From Sphaerodactylus townsendi (lineage: Eukaryota), in contig NC_059435.1 of assembly GCF_021028975.2 (NCBI RefSeq), positions 32,488,001 to 32,552,000 of the forward strand: DNA of 64,000 bases, given 5' to 3'. The notes under the pieces are model-generated. The model worked only from the letters and a program-made list of their open reading frames with translations. It was not told where the DNA came from and searched no databases. Positions 50,209-61,800 of this stretch are shown here, piece after piece; position 1 is the first letter of the stretch, and every line of letters begins with the position of its first letter. A program made the position numbers and the translations under genes.

Positions 50209-52299
50209 AAAAACCCTGATGTTTTATCTGACTTTACGGCTTCTGCTTCTCTCCGCCTCCCCCTAGCCACTCCTTGTAGACATTTCTGGGAGATCGACAG
50301 TTGGCTTTTCTAAAAAGACAAAAATTAACACAAACAAGCCATAGCAGCAGTGATGGCCCGATAAAATGATTTTAAAAATCAAAGTTTTTTTTAAGTAGCA
50401 ACCCAGAAGAGGGGACAGGCAAGCTGTGCAGCAGACAGTGGGGCACTTCCTCATGTATAAACAGAGATATGCAAGGACCCCACTGCAACCCCACCATGAA
50501 GTGAAGAGCCTCGGAGAAAGTGCTCCATTCATAATGGGCCCCAGTGACAAAGACAGAGTATAAGGGAAATAAATAAAGAACAGCATAAACAAAAATCTTG
50601 ACACACAATGCTACTGTCATCCAACACTGCTGTCACATATTAAGCAAGAGTTAACTCCTTGCCACAGGACAGCATACATATGATGCATGATCAGGTTCCA
50701 CTTACCATGTCTTTTTATGGCCTGTATTTAAACTACTCAATATGAACTGTGCAAGCAGATCAGGGGGATAGGGAGGCAAATGCCCTTGGCAGCATACAAG
50801 TGAGGGGGAGCAGCAGCAGCAGATTATATAATGAAAAAATACGTATACAATACAAGGGGTGTCAATTTGTATTTCTCTCCCCCACTTCAGACATACAGAT
50901 ATGGTCCTGGGTGCAAGATGCATTTCTGGAGATGATCTGCAGATCAAAATGGAAACTGGGGAAACAAAAGTTCACTTAGAAGGGAAGATAGTCAGAATTC
51001 CAGATGAAGGTCCATTCCTCTCTCCCCGCCCCAGCCCCCCATTAATCCAGCCAGACAAAAGGAAAGTTTGAAAGCCGATAAAAGACATGACTGAGTCAGA
51101 CGAAGATGGCATTTAGGAGAGGGAAAAAGTTGAATGTTTGCTTTAAGAAGCAGCTGTTTATGCAGTTCATTTTTGCTTCAAAGGTTCTGAGATGAAAGCT
51201 CTTTTCTTCATTTAATGTCGTGCATTCCATTGTAACATCACAGCCTTGTAAGCCTCTCCAGCTTATCCTCTGTAACTCATCACTATCATCAAAATGTTAA
51301 CATGAAGGACCCAGAAAGCATGCAGCCTCTCAACATCTACACAAAACTACCTTTGTCAGGCCACTGGAGATTGCATTTCCCCAGTGCAAGGTGCAAAAGA
51401 TCCCCTTGCTTTGAATGACAGCTACCCTGGCAAGTACAGGTGTTTTCAATGTCCACCTTACAAGTATCAACATTCTTCCATTATATTATAAATTGAGTGG
51501 TAACTGGAAACTCTGCCTCAGCATTTTCAGCACACAAGGGCTTTCATAATGCCGATTCTACAGCAAAGCGTGGCATTCCATCTATTTTATATTTTAATAC
51601 TGTATTTCAAGGCCGTCTCGCAAATTTTTGAGACTGCTGGAAATAAGTAGTTAAAATGCTCAACTGCCAGTTAGCATTTTATATGCTATTTCACTCCGAC
51701 TTTCAGTCTCTTTGTTTATGTTCTTCTTGTTTGCCCAAGTTGAATGGAGCATTATTTAGAGCAGCTGACCCCAATCTTGTCTCCAGTATCATATGATAGG
51801 ATCATCAAAAGTCCAGGGCCAATTTCACTCAAAAAGACTCAATGTAGGTTATAAATCAAACTTATAAATCGATGGGAAGTCCTACCGGCAGTGGCCAGGG
51901 AGTGACTTTGCCAAAGGGAAATTCTGACTGCCACTCAGTTGAGGAGGCAGGGCAATTCTCATCCTCATGTGAAACCACTTCGAGGTAGTAATGGAGGCAA
52001 CCTCAGTCAAAACCATTGTTATGGCCTTAACAGGGGTAAGGGTTTTATTGAAGGGAATCTCCACCAGCTGCTAAAAGTGTAACAGCACACATAGGATTTT
52101 AAAAGTAGCAAAGGGGAATGAGCTCTCACATTGGCAGATCAGGAGAGGGGCCAAGAGGAGATCTTTTAGACTGTATAATATGGGGAAGGAATTCTGGCAA
52201 TGAATATTCCACAGAGAAGCGAGAGTCCAAATTGAATTTAAATGTTTTATATAAATTTGTTCAAAAATACACACACACAGTAAGACATAAGGGCACATA

Positions 52300-53260
52300 C
52301 ATTCAAGTTTCCTAGGATATAAGCAGGTTTGAATGATAGATTGGATGATAGAGAAGGGAATGGGGGTTGTTGTGGGGTAATACGTTACCTAACGATTCTT
52401 AGAAGGGTAGAAGTAGAAGGCAGGGATTCCATGCCAGCACAGAAACCCAATGAAGGACGAATTCATGTCTCACCACCAACAAGAACATGTGGCAATGAGC
52501 AAAATGTTGCAGGTGAACTAAACTTTTATAAAGTGGGTCGTTCCTTGGTGGGAAAGGAACCAATCACGCTAAGTTTCACATCTGTGCTGGGTTTGGGGGT
52601 GCTGAGGTAATTAGTCAGCTCATCTACTGCTAAACCTGGGACAATGGGGCCAAAATTGCTTTGTTAAGCTAAACAAGGAAACGCTGAAAGGCTTCCATGC
52701 AGATTAACTCTTGAGAGTCACTGCCCAGGATATTCAGATTTAGCTGAGACATTTAGATCAGGATAAGGTGAGTGGTTTAGGAGTCATAACAAAGGTAGAG
52801 GAGATGCAGAGAAGCAACCCTTTGTTGCTAACTTGGTTTCCAGAAGAGATAGGGAAATGCAGAATCTGATACTGAGGTGGCTTTCCATATTCTTTGTCTT
52901 TAACAGTTTCTATAGCAAGGTGTGGTAATCAAGCATTCTAGTTACTCAAATGAGACCTCCAGGTTATGCTGGAGTAACTCATTATCTTAGCTTTTGTTAA
53001 AGTAGTTTTGACCTTTTGGCTGTGGTCAGATGATCATGCGGCTACCTACACCCATAGGAGTGCTTTTGGCAACTGGCTTTTGCCAATATGATTTTTAAAG
53101 CAGAAATGTATATAAATAATATTCTGGGGGTCCTTTGGGTCGTTACACCATGTTAATATGTTGCTGACTGGATCGTTGAACCTGTTGATGTCAGTGAGGG
53201 AGACCCTGAAGTCAATAGTGTTGACTGAAATACTTATTGCTTGACCACAACTTTATGGCA
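52300..53260 (-). mobile_element. Highly decayed LINE 3' region (RTE-X-like)
   Basis: Remnants LPKALLW.., KVQNYF-like and a degenerate terminal segment ending in an RITP-like stretch. Many stops. Confidence 0.35.
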
Positions 53261-54096
53261 CATATATGTAAAGTTGGTGATTCCCTTCTGCGCTCTCTCA
53301 TCTGCAGTCACCAGTTAATGATGAACCCTGCCCTTTATAATTAAGGTCTTGCTGACATAAGAATGAATACACAGTGAAGAGTAAACCCATAACTTCATCT
53401 GACTGACTATGGGAGCAGACATTCTGGATTTTACAGGTGGGCTGCTAACATAATGGCATAAATTACTTTTGATATTAATAACATACTTCTTTTTTCTGAG
53501 AAAAATGAACAACTGAGCCAACCACCTAATCACCTGAAATAATAGATAAAAGATCTCGTTTACCATTCATAATGCAAGCATACTCCAGGGAAGCAATACC
53601 CTTTCTGCCAAATGTGTGGCAGTTTACAAACAGAATTGACTTCAGATCATTTGAAACTACACAGCATCTCCCATTGGGAGCACTGACTGCAGCTACAAAT
53701 GTTGCTGGACTTTTGAAACAACTTCGCACTGTTACCTAAGGAACAGGGGGATGTTTACATATGTGGCCATATGTATATATATGTGGTCATATGTACACAC
53801 ACCTCAAATTCTAAGCCTTTGGGAACCTGATTGCAAACTGAAGCAGTACCTTCCACATAAGAAATGAGACCACTGTTCTAAAAAGGTTAACTTTTATTAA
53901 CTACAAATGGATAGATTGAAGGCAAAACAGAAAGGCAATTCAAAAGACAGATGACAAATATAGTTGGTAAGTTTAAAAAAACCCTTCAAATATCAGCACT
54001 GCCTCCTAATCAAACAACTACTTGAGTCTTTGATAATTAAGATGCCCAGTTATGTCCAACCCATGGTCAGCCTATGAAAAACTGTGTGAGTGTATA

Positions 54097-54226
54097 CAGG
54101 GCGTAGTGCCCAGGGTGCGGGTGTGTCTTGCACCGGGGGTGTGGCAGGGACGTTCCAGGGCGTGGCATGGCAGGAGCACAGGTCACACACGTGCCCTGGG
54201 CGCAGTTCCCCCTCGCCACAGCTCTG
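54097..54226. mobile_element. GC-rich hAT MITE (same family as 35096 and 46855, reversed)
   Basis: Ends cagggcgtagt / ccacagctctg. The body is the reverse complement of the aacgcccctgccacaccccc motif. Confidence 0.65.
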
Positions 54227-56419
54227 GATGTATGTATTTTTCTAAAGAACATGGAAGAAGGATTAGATGACAAATGGAAAGACAGGAAAAATAATGAGAG
54301 GCTGAGGTTCGAAGAGAGAGTTATTATGCTAGTGATCTGGAAAGGCTTTGGGAGAGAAAAATGAGGCTCCATAGCAGGAACCAGGAACTGCACCAGAACA
54401 ATGGGGAGGAAACATGACCTGTCCAATGTGGTTAAATCCCAGACCATATATATATATATCTCATTTTTCACCTTGAGGGTGGACTGGTATGTCTAATGAT
54501 AGTTCCTGGATTCAGACTGAATTACCATATCTGCTAGCTTTAGGCTTCAGATAAACTCTCCCCCTTTACTAGTGTCTATCTTGGACAAAAGCTAACTATT
54601 ATAGGAGATAGCCATGAAATTTTGATTAACTCAAGCACAACGACTCGATTTTTGCTTACAGATGTGTTGGCACTCAGCTACAGGAGACAAATTTAGCCAT
54701 TATGAATAACTCAGGAAAGAGGCTAGATTGCTCTCTTTGATGTACTGATACCATCCAAAACCCCTTAAGTCTTCTGTATTACTTGTTTTCCTCTGTTACA
54801 AATACTGACCATTCTTCAGGTGGCCAGAATCTGAAAAGATCTTAGCTTATCAGGAAGTTTTCCTTAAGGAGGAAACCTCCTGCAAAGAGTACCCGAAAAT
54901 CTCATCTTGCAGCCTACCAATTTAAGTTGCCATATTTTGAACCCTAAGTCTAATCGGCACTGCTTCTCTCCCAGGCCCATTGGCATGTGTACTCTGAGTC
55001 TGAGGTGTGGTTATTTTTACATGGCTACTTCCCCTAATTCAAGGGCAAAATTAGGTGGCTAGATGTTTATAAGAATCCTGAGTGTATTTATTTTTATTTT
55101 ATTTATTTATTAAACTTTTATACCGCCCCATCCTCCAGGGGCTCTGGGCGGTGTACAGCATAAAACATGGTAAAACAAGTCACTAAAATCTTTAAAACAG
55201 CGGTAACAAACATTAATAGTAATCCATAAAATAGCTTAAAACTCATAAAACAGCAAAAAACCATAATACATAATAAAAGGCGTCCGACCCCAATTTAAAA
55301 CCTACCCCCATGAGGGGGGATGGCAGGGACATTGTAGGGACATTGTTCCATATACACATGTATGGAAACATGGCTTTGTTACCCAGACTCCACTAGGGGA
55401 GCTAAAGAGTTGGAATAGTCCCTTATATGGAAGGAAAGGTGCAATTCTCCCGGATTTGTTGAAGAGTCTGAAGCTGTCGATAGTTCACTTTAGAAGGATT
55501 CCAAGTTTGTTATAAAGTATTTATCGATATTCCAGGTATGAAAGGGAGGATTGTGTTTACATTGGTTGGCTAACAGTTTGTATTTTGGTTTTCTGTTATG
55601 AATGTTGCAAGGGATATGTGAATTTTCCCAGATTTGTTGGAGCGCCTGAAACTATACATAGTTCATCTCAAAAGGACTCCAAGTTTGTTATGAACTATCT
55701 GTTGATATTCCAGGGCTATTTTGGAATCCTTGAAGAAAGAACAGATGGCTCAGCAAAGGCAAAGTAAAACTGCAAGCCTATATATCTTTAAGGAACCCAG
55801 CTAGACAAAAGCCAGAAAAGGACTGAGATGTGGCTGCCACCCGGTTGGGATCCACGGTTACTGCACAAGATTAATGGTTTCCTCCAACAGGTGGGTTGGA
55901 GGAACGTTTCACTGGGGGACAGCACTCGGGCTGCCCAGTGTTCAGATCAGATCCCATGCTGCGCCTCACACTTCTTTTCATCTGCTGTCAAATAAAATGG
56001 TTTGGCTATGGCCAAAATTTTAACCCACAGTCAAGAGTGTTGTGTCATTAATTTTGGTTGGGTGGGCTCTTGAGTGGTAACATTCCCACCCTCGGGTGGC
56101 AAACTGCAAGCCTATATATCTTTATGGAACCCAGCTAGACAAACGCCAGAAAAGGACTGCAAGTCTGTTTGAGCACAACAGGCCTGAACTATTATATGTT
56201 AATTATTATTTTCTATATTTGATTTCTGTTCATTATTTCTGTTCTGTTCATTATTTCTTTTGAATGAGAGAGAAAACAAGTTGGAAAATTGTTTATTGTA
56301 ATTTTTGTAAGTGTTCAGTGTCACAAGGTGGGATCACAGTGTCAAAAAGTGAACTCTTTTTGTTTTTAATTGAGAACAATATCCCTCTTGAAATTAAGCT
56401 GGGTTACAGAAATGCAAAT

Positions 56420-56437
56420 TGGCACCCGAACAGTGAC
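56420..56437 (+). promoter_or_regulatory. Primer-binding site, tRNA-Lys type
   Basis: tggcacccgaacagtgac matches the tRNA-Lys(UUU) PBS TGGCGCCCGAACAGGGAC at 16 of 18 positions, just after the putative LTR end. Confidence 0.8.
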
Positions 56438-56497
56438 AGTGCTACCTTATGACCTGAACATTTATATCAATACATTATCCTTTAAATTATTTGTAAA

Positions 56498-57870
56498 ATG
56501 GAACTGTGTGAACTCTAGATCCAGATTGCTCTGTTAGACTGAATGGAGTGTTGTCTGATGCAGATTTAGAATGTTCTTTAAGTAATCATGGTACTGTTCG
56601 CAAATATAAAAGAATACTTGGTACTAAAGTAGAGATGATTTTATGAGTTTGAAGAAAAAGAGTTTGAAGAAAATTGAAGAAAATTGAAGAGTATGAAGAA
56701 AAAAAATTCTGTTCAGTTACTGGCAAGGGCTTGTAACACCTCTAAGTTAGAAAACCAGTGGGTAGTAACACCTATAAAACAAAGCTTAAACCAAAGTGCT
56801 CCACAGATGAATGTTAAGCCAACAGGTAGCTCCTCAAAGCCAGGAGAGACAGCAGGAAGGATACTTGTCCCCATCTCTGTTGGTAGAGATTTCTTAGTAG
56901 AGGAACCTGAAAGAGTGCACAAAATGGTTGTGGGCCATGCTATAAAGCTGTTAGAAACAGAGAGAAGCAGTTACAACCATGATTCCTATAGATTAAGATT
57001 TTTTCTGGAAAAATGCCAAAACCAGCAGGAGAAGTAGATTTTGATACGTGGAGATTGCCAATTCAACACTTATTAGAGGATTCTGAGATATCTGCCGCTG
57101 GGCAGAAGTACAAGTTGCCAGAGAGCTTATTGCCTCCTGCTCTGAATGTAGCCTTATATGCAGGAAGTTGTGCCACAGTACAGGATCGTTTAGAGGAATT
57201 AGAAAACACTTTTGGAAATACTGCAACTGAAGATGATTTATATGCACAGTTCTTGGAAACAGTTCAAAAGAGTGCAGAGAAGCCTTCAGAGTATTTTTGT
57301 AGACCGAAGTGCTGCTAGAGGAAAATAGTAGTGAAGGGAGAAAATTTGCAGGACAAAAATGACTTATCCTTGATCAGGCAATTTATTCATGAATGCTGGG
57401 ATGGAGTTCTTATTATGCAACTCCAATTTGAGGGATTGTTTAAGTAACAGAGATACAACATCCATCTCTTATTCAAAGATGTTGTATAAAATCTATCCTA
57501 TTGAGGAAGAAAATGAAGCAAAAACATGTAGAAAAGCAAAACATATGAACAAGTCAACTTCTAAAGTATATAGCAAATTCTGTCACTTAGGGGAGCCTAA
57601 AATCATTGAAGAAAATAGAATAGAAGAGAAAGTAAGCGTCGCCTTCCTAAGTAGAAGATTAGCTCGTTTCGAAAGTGTATTTGCCAAACAAGTGAATAGT
57701 CAAAGAAAGGATAATAAAATGGAAGATAACTCTCCTGTGAAAAGTGCAGCTCCTTTATCTTTACCCAGGCTCCAAAGAAAAAATAATTTAGTAAATGGTA
57801 TTTTTGCTATCATTGCGGTCAAGATGGACATACTCAAGTTAAGTGCACTTTCCCATCCAATGCAGAATTA
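56498..57870 (+). pseudogene. Decayed PNMA-like gypsy gag with CX2CX4HX4C knuckle
   Basis: YRLRFF / MPKPAGEVDFDTWR...LPESLLPPAL...LENTFG...DDLYAQFLETVQKSAEKPSEY (PNMA/gypsy capsid). CYHCGQDGHTQVKC at 57805-57846. Several frameshifts and stops. Confidence 0.85.
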
Positions 57871-57999
57871 GTGCAAATGAAATGACTTTCCAGCAATGGG
57901 AGAAAAGAAAGTGTCAAACAGGCTGAGACTCAAAAGAGGATTGTAGCCAGTACATCAAAGGAGTTGGATGTGGACCAGATATTAACATAATTAGCAGGA

Positions 58000-58135
58000 G
58001 ATCCATATTATTTCCCTGTTTTTGTAGAAGGGGTGAAGTGTGAGGGTCTTATTGACACTGGATCTCAAGTTACTTGCATTACAGAAGAATTTTATTCCCA
58101 ACACCTGTCACATATTTTGCTGCAGCCCTTGAAGC
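58000..58135 (+). pseudogene. Retropepsin (aspartic protease) N-terminal half
   Basis: PVFVEGVKCEGLIDTGSQVTCITEEFYSQHL, with the catalytic DTG at 58054. Confidence 0.88.
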
Positions 58136-60529
58136 TGCACAACTGTACGATGAATATGAATGAATGGTTATTGCTGTGCTCATGAGAATTACTAAAATCA
58201 TTTAGTCCATATTACCAATTTTCACAAGGGAAGGTTTCAGAAGTTAGGTATGCATGTTCTCTTTTCCTTTGACAAGGCTGCTTTAAAGATGGTTAATCCA
58301 ACTAATGGAATGAGACAAAAAGGGATGCCCTATTCGGAAGACAGGATAGAGAGAAGAGCAGTGTCAAAGCATCTCTCTAAAATCTTTGACAGATTAATCC
58401 AACATTACGTGATAGATAGAAATGTTACTCATATTGCAGAAAAACCACCAGTATTTGGGCACTGGAATTTTAAATGGTAAAATTAATTTTCCTCTTTTTT
58501 TAAAGTCTTCTTTCTACTTACAAGTGAGAGTTGCTTAGTGTGAATGACACATACTATTCACACTAATCTGCATCTCAGGCATTTAAATTCAAAGCTGGGT
58601 ATAAATAATTGCACTTCTTTAAGGTCAATGAGCAGGTGAAATTTTTAGAGAGAGAAAGCATCCATGATTCAATTACTGTAATGTTTTTGAATGAGGTCAC
58701 CAATAACTCTGTCACCACATTCAAAGGCTGCTATGAAAATGAACAAAATCGGTAGCTTATTTTTGCTTATGTTGTGTATTGTCTTTTCAGACAAAGATAA
58801 TAGATTTGAACACACAATTTTATTCTTATTAATAGAAAGCATTTGCCTGGATTAAAGTCCATTGAGGGCTATTTGAAACACCATCTTCTCCAAGGTAATG
58901 GATTAATACACACACATACATATACCCGCAGGAGTCAGTTTGACTGACTCAGCCTTCCATCCTTCCAAACTATCTCATAAACACAGTTAACCATAAACTG
59001 CATGTTGCAACGACCACAATGTTGCAAAGTCCACAATGGCCTGGTGCTTACTGAGGGGACTATCTTTGCCTTTATACAAACACACATCAGATCACTACAT
59101 GGCTACAGACAAAGAGAGATCACATGAGACAATGGCCAGTTTTGCACTGCAGAAATGCTCCGTGGTATGTCCACTGGCTTCCCACCTGCAAGCTCCTTGC
59201 CCATGGGGAGGCACAGGAAGGTGGGGATTCTCTTGTTTGGTGGGGCGAGCCTGAGCAGCGAGGTGGAAAAAATGGCCCCGATGCTGCTGCTGTGAAGTTC
59301 TGCACAGCAGGAAAGTCTCCAGAGCAACAGGGGGGCATTCAAAAATAACCTCCATTTTGGCGGTTCTAGAAAGCCACGGAGCAAAGCCAATGCTCTGGGA
59401 TGGCACCAAGGCAACAGCATGGCAGACACACTGCATTAACAGGTGCAGTACAGAACTCTCCATTGTATCGGGGCATTCCCCATGCCAACAGAGGAGCAAT
59501 TTCGGCATGCAAAACCAGCCAATAAGTTATAATTTGCTTTCATCTTGTGTCACCAAAGTTGATTTCAGAAGCCATACTGAAAAATAAAAAAACCAAAGTC
59601 AGAGTAGGGAGAAAGCAGGCCTTAATATGACAACATCCATTGGGCAAAATCAGAAAGCAAAGGCTCAAATTAGCTTAAGAGTAAGTACATGCAAAACTAT
59701 ATGCTGTCGTACATGATCTTGCTTTATCTGTGACCACATGATGAGATCTGTGGATTCTAACCACTTCAGTGAGATAACTGCTACCATAAGGCTAACTGTT
59801 AGAAAATCCTGGTAACCAGGTAGGACAGCGAAGTTTTGCTCACTGCACAATTGGATTCTACAATGAATAAGGTGATGAAAAAAAACCTGCTGAACAGGTT
59901 CCATTTAAGTAGTGTACCATTTTCACCCTGATTACCAAATACCCGATTTATTCTGTTAAATAAGAAAAGATTCTTGTTTCCTTCCTTTGGGTCTCCTGTA
60001 GATTACTGATTCAGCTGATGGCCTCAGGTCAGGATGCATCCTTGACACATGAATTAATAGCTATGCTTTCTTTTCAGCCAACCCTACATTAATGCAACAG
60101 GAAATTAACAACTACACACAAGTATATATAGCTTTATATCCTGCAGGGACAAGCTGATTATCCTCAATTAGAGAAAAATAAATTAGAGTTTACAATTTGC
60201 AATGTTAAACTTCCATAAAGGAGAAACTTTCATTATCCTCTGAGGGTCAAGAGAATCCTTAGGGTACTAATGAAGAATTTGCAACTAAAAGCAATAGGAT
60301 TAACATAACAGACCTCTGAGATCAATAGCTGCTGTATCAAGAATGATTACCAAATCAGAACTGAAGGCAACTGATGGCAGGCGTGTGGGTTATTAACAAA
60401 GCCTCATCATCATCACAGAACACACTGGGGAATAAAGGTGGCTTGTTATGAACCATTCATGGGAACTTTAAGAAGAGATAAACCTGCTTGCATCTGTTGC
60501 AGCCTAGATGCTTAGATTGAATCAGCTGT

Positions 60530-61800
60530 CATTTGAAGATGCTACTAGAACACAGTCTGGTCCTAGTTGTATGGGTAAATTTTATCAGGTGATACTTGTT
60601 GAAGCTTAACTGAGTCCAGGCTCTATATTTTTGTCCCTTGTTACTGAGAGCATATAGCTGGATTTGATTGATTGAGTTGGTCAGGGTGGTAATAAATACA
60701 TCTCTGCTGTATGGTGTAATTCCAACCACTTTTAAAGCAGTCATGAAGCCCTTACTGAAGAAGAAGTCTGAATGACCAAAATAATTTCCATATAATGGAC
60801 AACAATTTCCATCCTTGGTCAATCTGCTCAAGAAAATGATGGAGCTATGCAGTTTCAGGTAGTATTGAACAGGACAGATGTGCAGACATGCAGACCTATT
60901 TCAGTCTCGATCTTAGTCCAGGTATGGGGTGGAAGTGGATTTGATCATGCTGACTCACAGGAAAGTGACAAAGTGGCCCCCTTGGTCTCTTGGCTCCACA
61001 TCCTCTTAAACCCCTTGGATGATGTCACTACCATTGACGACAGTATCCTTTTGGGAAGTTTGGCTGGCTTAGAAGTGGAGAGAGCAATATGTTTTATTCT
61101 TCTGTCATTATCTAGCTGGTCAGTTTCAGGAGGTGATGCTACAGGTCTGTTGCTCATCCTGTGACATTTATGTGGGGTGGGCAGGGAGTACTTCAGGAGT
61201 CTTTCTTGCATCCCATGCTGTTTAATATCTACACAAAAACATTAGGAGAGATTCCCCTTAGATTTGAAGTGAGGTGCCACTAATATGAAGATGGTACCCA
61301 GGATCTATTTCTCCTTGACAGATGAGTCAGGAGAGCCTGTGGAAATGCAGCAGTGGACAGGTCCACTCAGAAGTTTCTTTGTCTGCAGGTCCTAAGGGAA
61401 GTAGGATCCATGGGATCTTCCCATGAAGCCTATGAGCTGCACACAGCCTTGGGCATAATGGAAACCATGGGAAGCTTTTCCTCTGAAGAAACCTCTGAGG
61501 AGTCTTCATCCCATGCATTGATGGGGCTAGGGCAAACCTTGAAAGATTGCCACCTCCCACAATGTAGATTATATGAGTTAAGATTGTCTTCCCAAATCCT
61601 GTCTCTATAGAAGTCAGGCAGGTGACAACTAGGGGCAGGGATCTTTTTCAATAGCAGTGACTTGCCTTTGGAAATCCTGGCTTCTTGAGCTTTGGGCACC
61701 AGGCTGAAACATTTCCCATTACCCAACCTTTCATTTGAAGGGTTCCATCTTTATAATTGGTTGTTGTTATGTCCATTATGTTTTCAACAATTATTTCATA
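60530..61800 (+). mobile_element. Decayed L2 LINE (RT and 3' end)
   Basis: VVINTSLLYGVIPTTFKAVMKPLLKK, TTIDDSILLGSLAGL, PMLFNIYTKTLGEI..RCH*YEDGTQ (YADDTQ-like), then an L2-like 3' end near 61610-61800. Confidence 0.8.

Larger units (their letters stand above)
55333..58140 (+). mobile_element. 3'-truncated Ty3/gypsy LTR retrotransposon with PNMA-like Gag
   Basis: Putative LTR TGTAG...TTACA (~55333-56408), PBS, decayed gag, CCHC knuckle and aspartic protease. No RT, integrase or 3' LTR seen. Confidence 0.88.

Noticed and set aside
56684-57871. Domesticated PNMA-like host gene
   Set aside because: The reading frame is broken into several pieces by frameshifts and stops, and it is still attached to LTR, PBS and protease.
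60529-61211. Minus-strand ORFs as a possible endogenous viral element
   Set aside because: The plus strand explains the region as L2 reverse transcriptase. The minus-strand ORFs are shadows.
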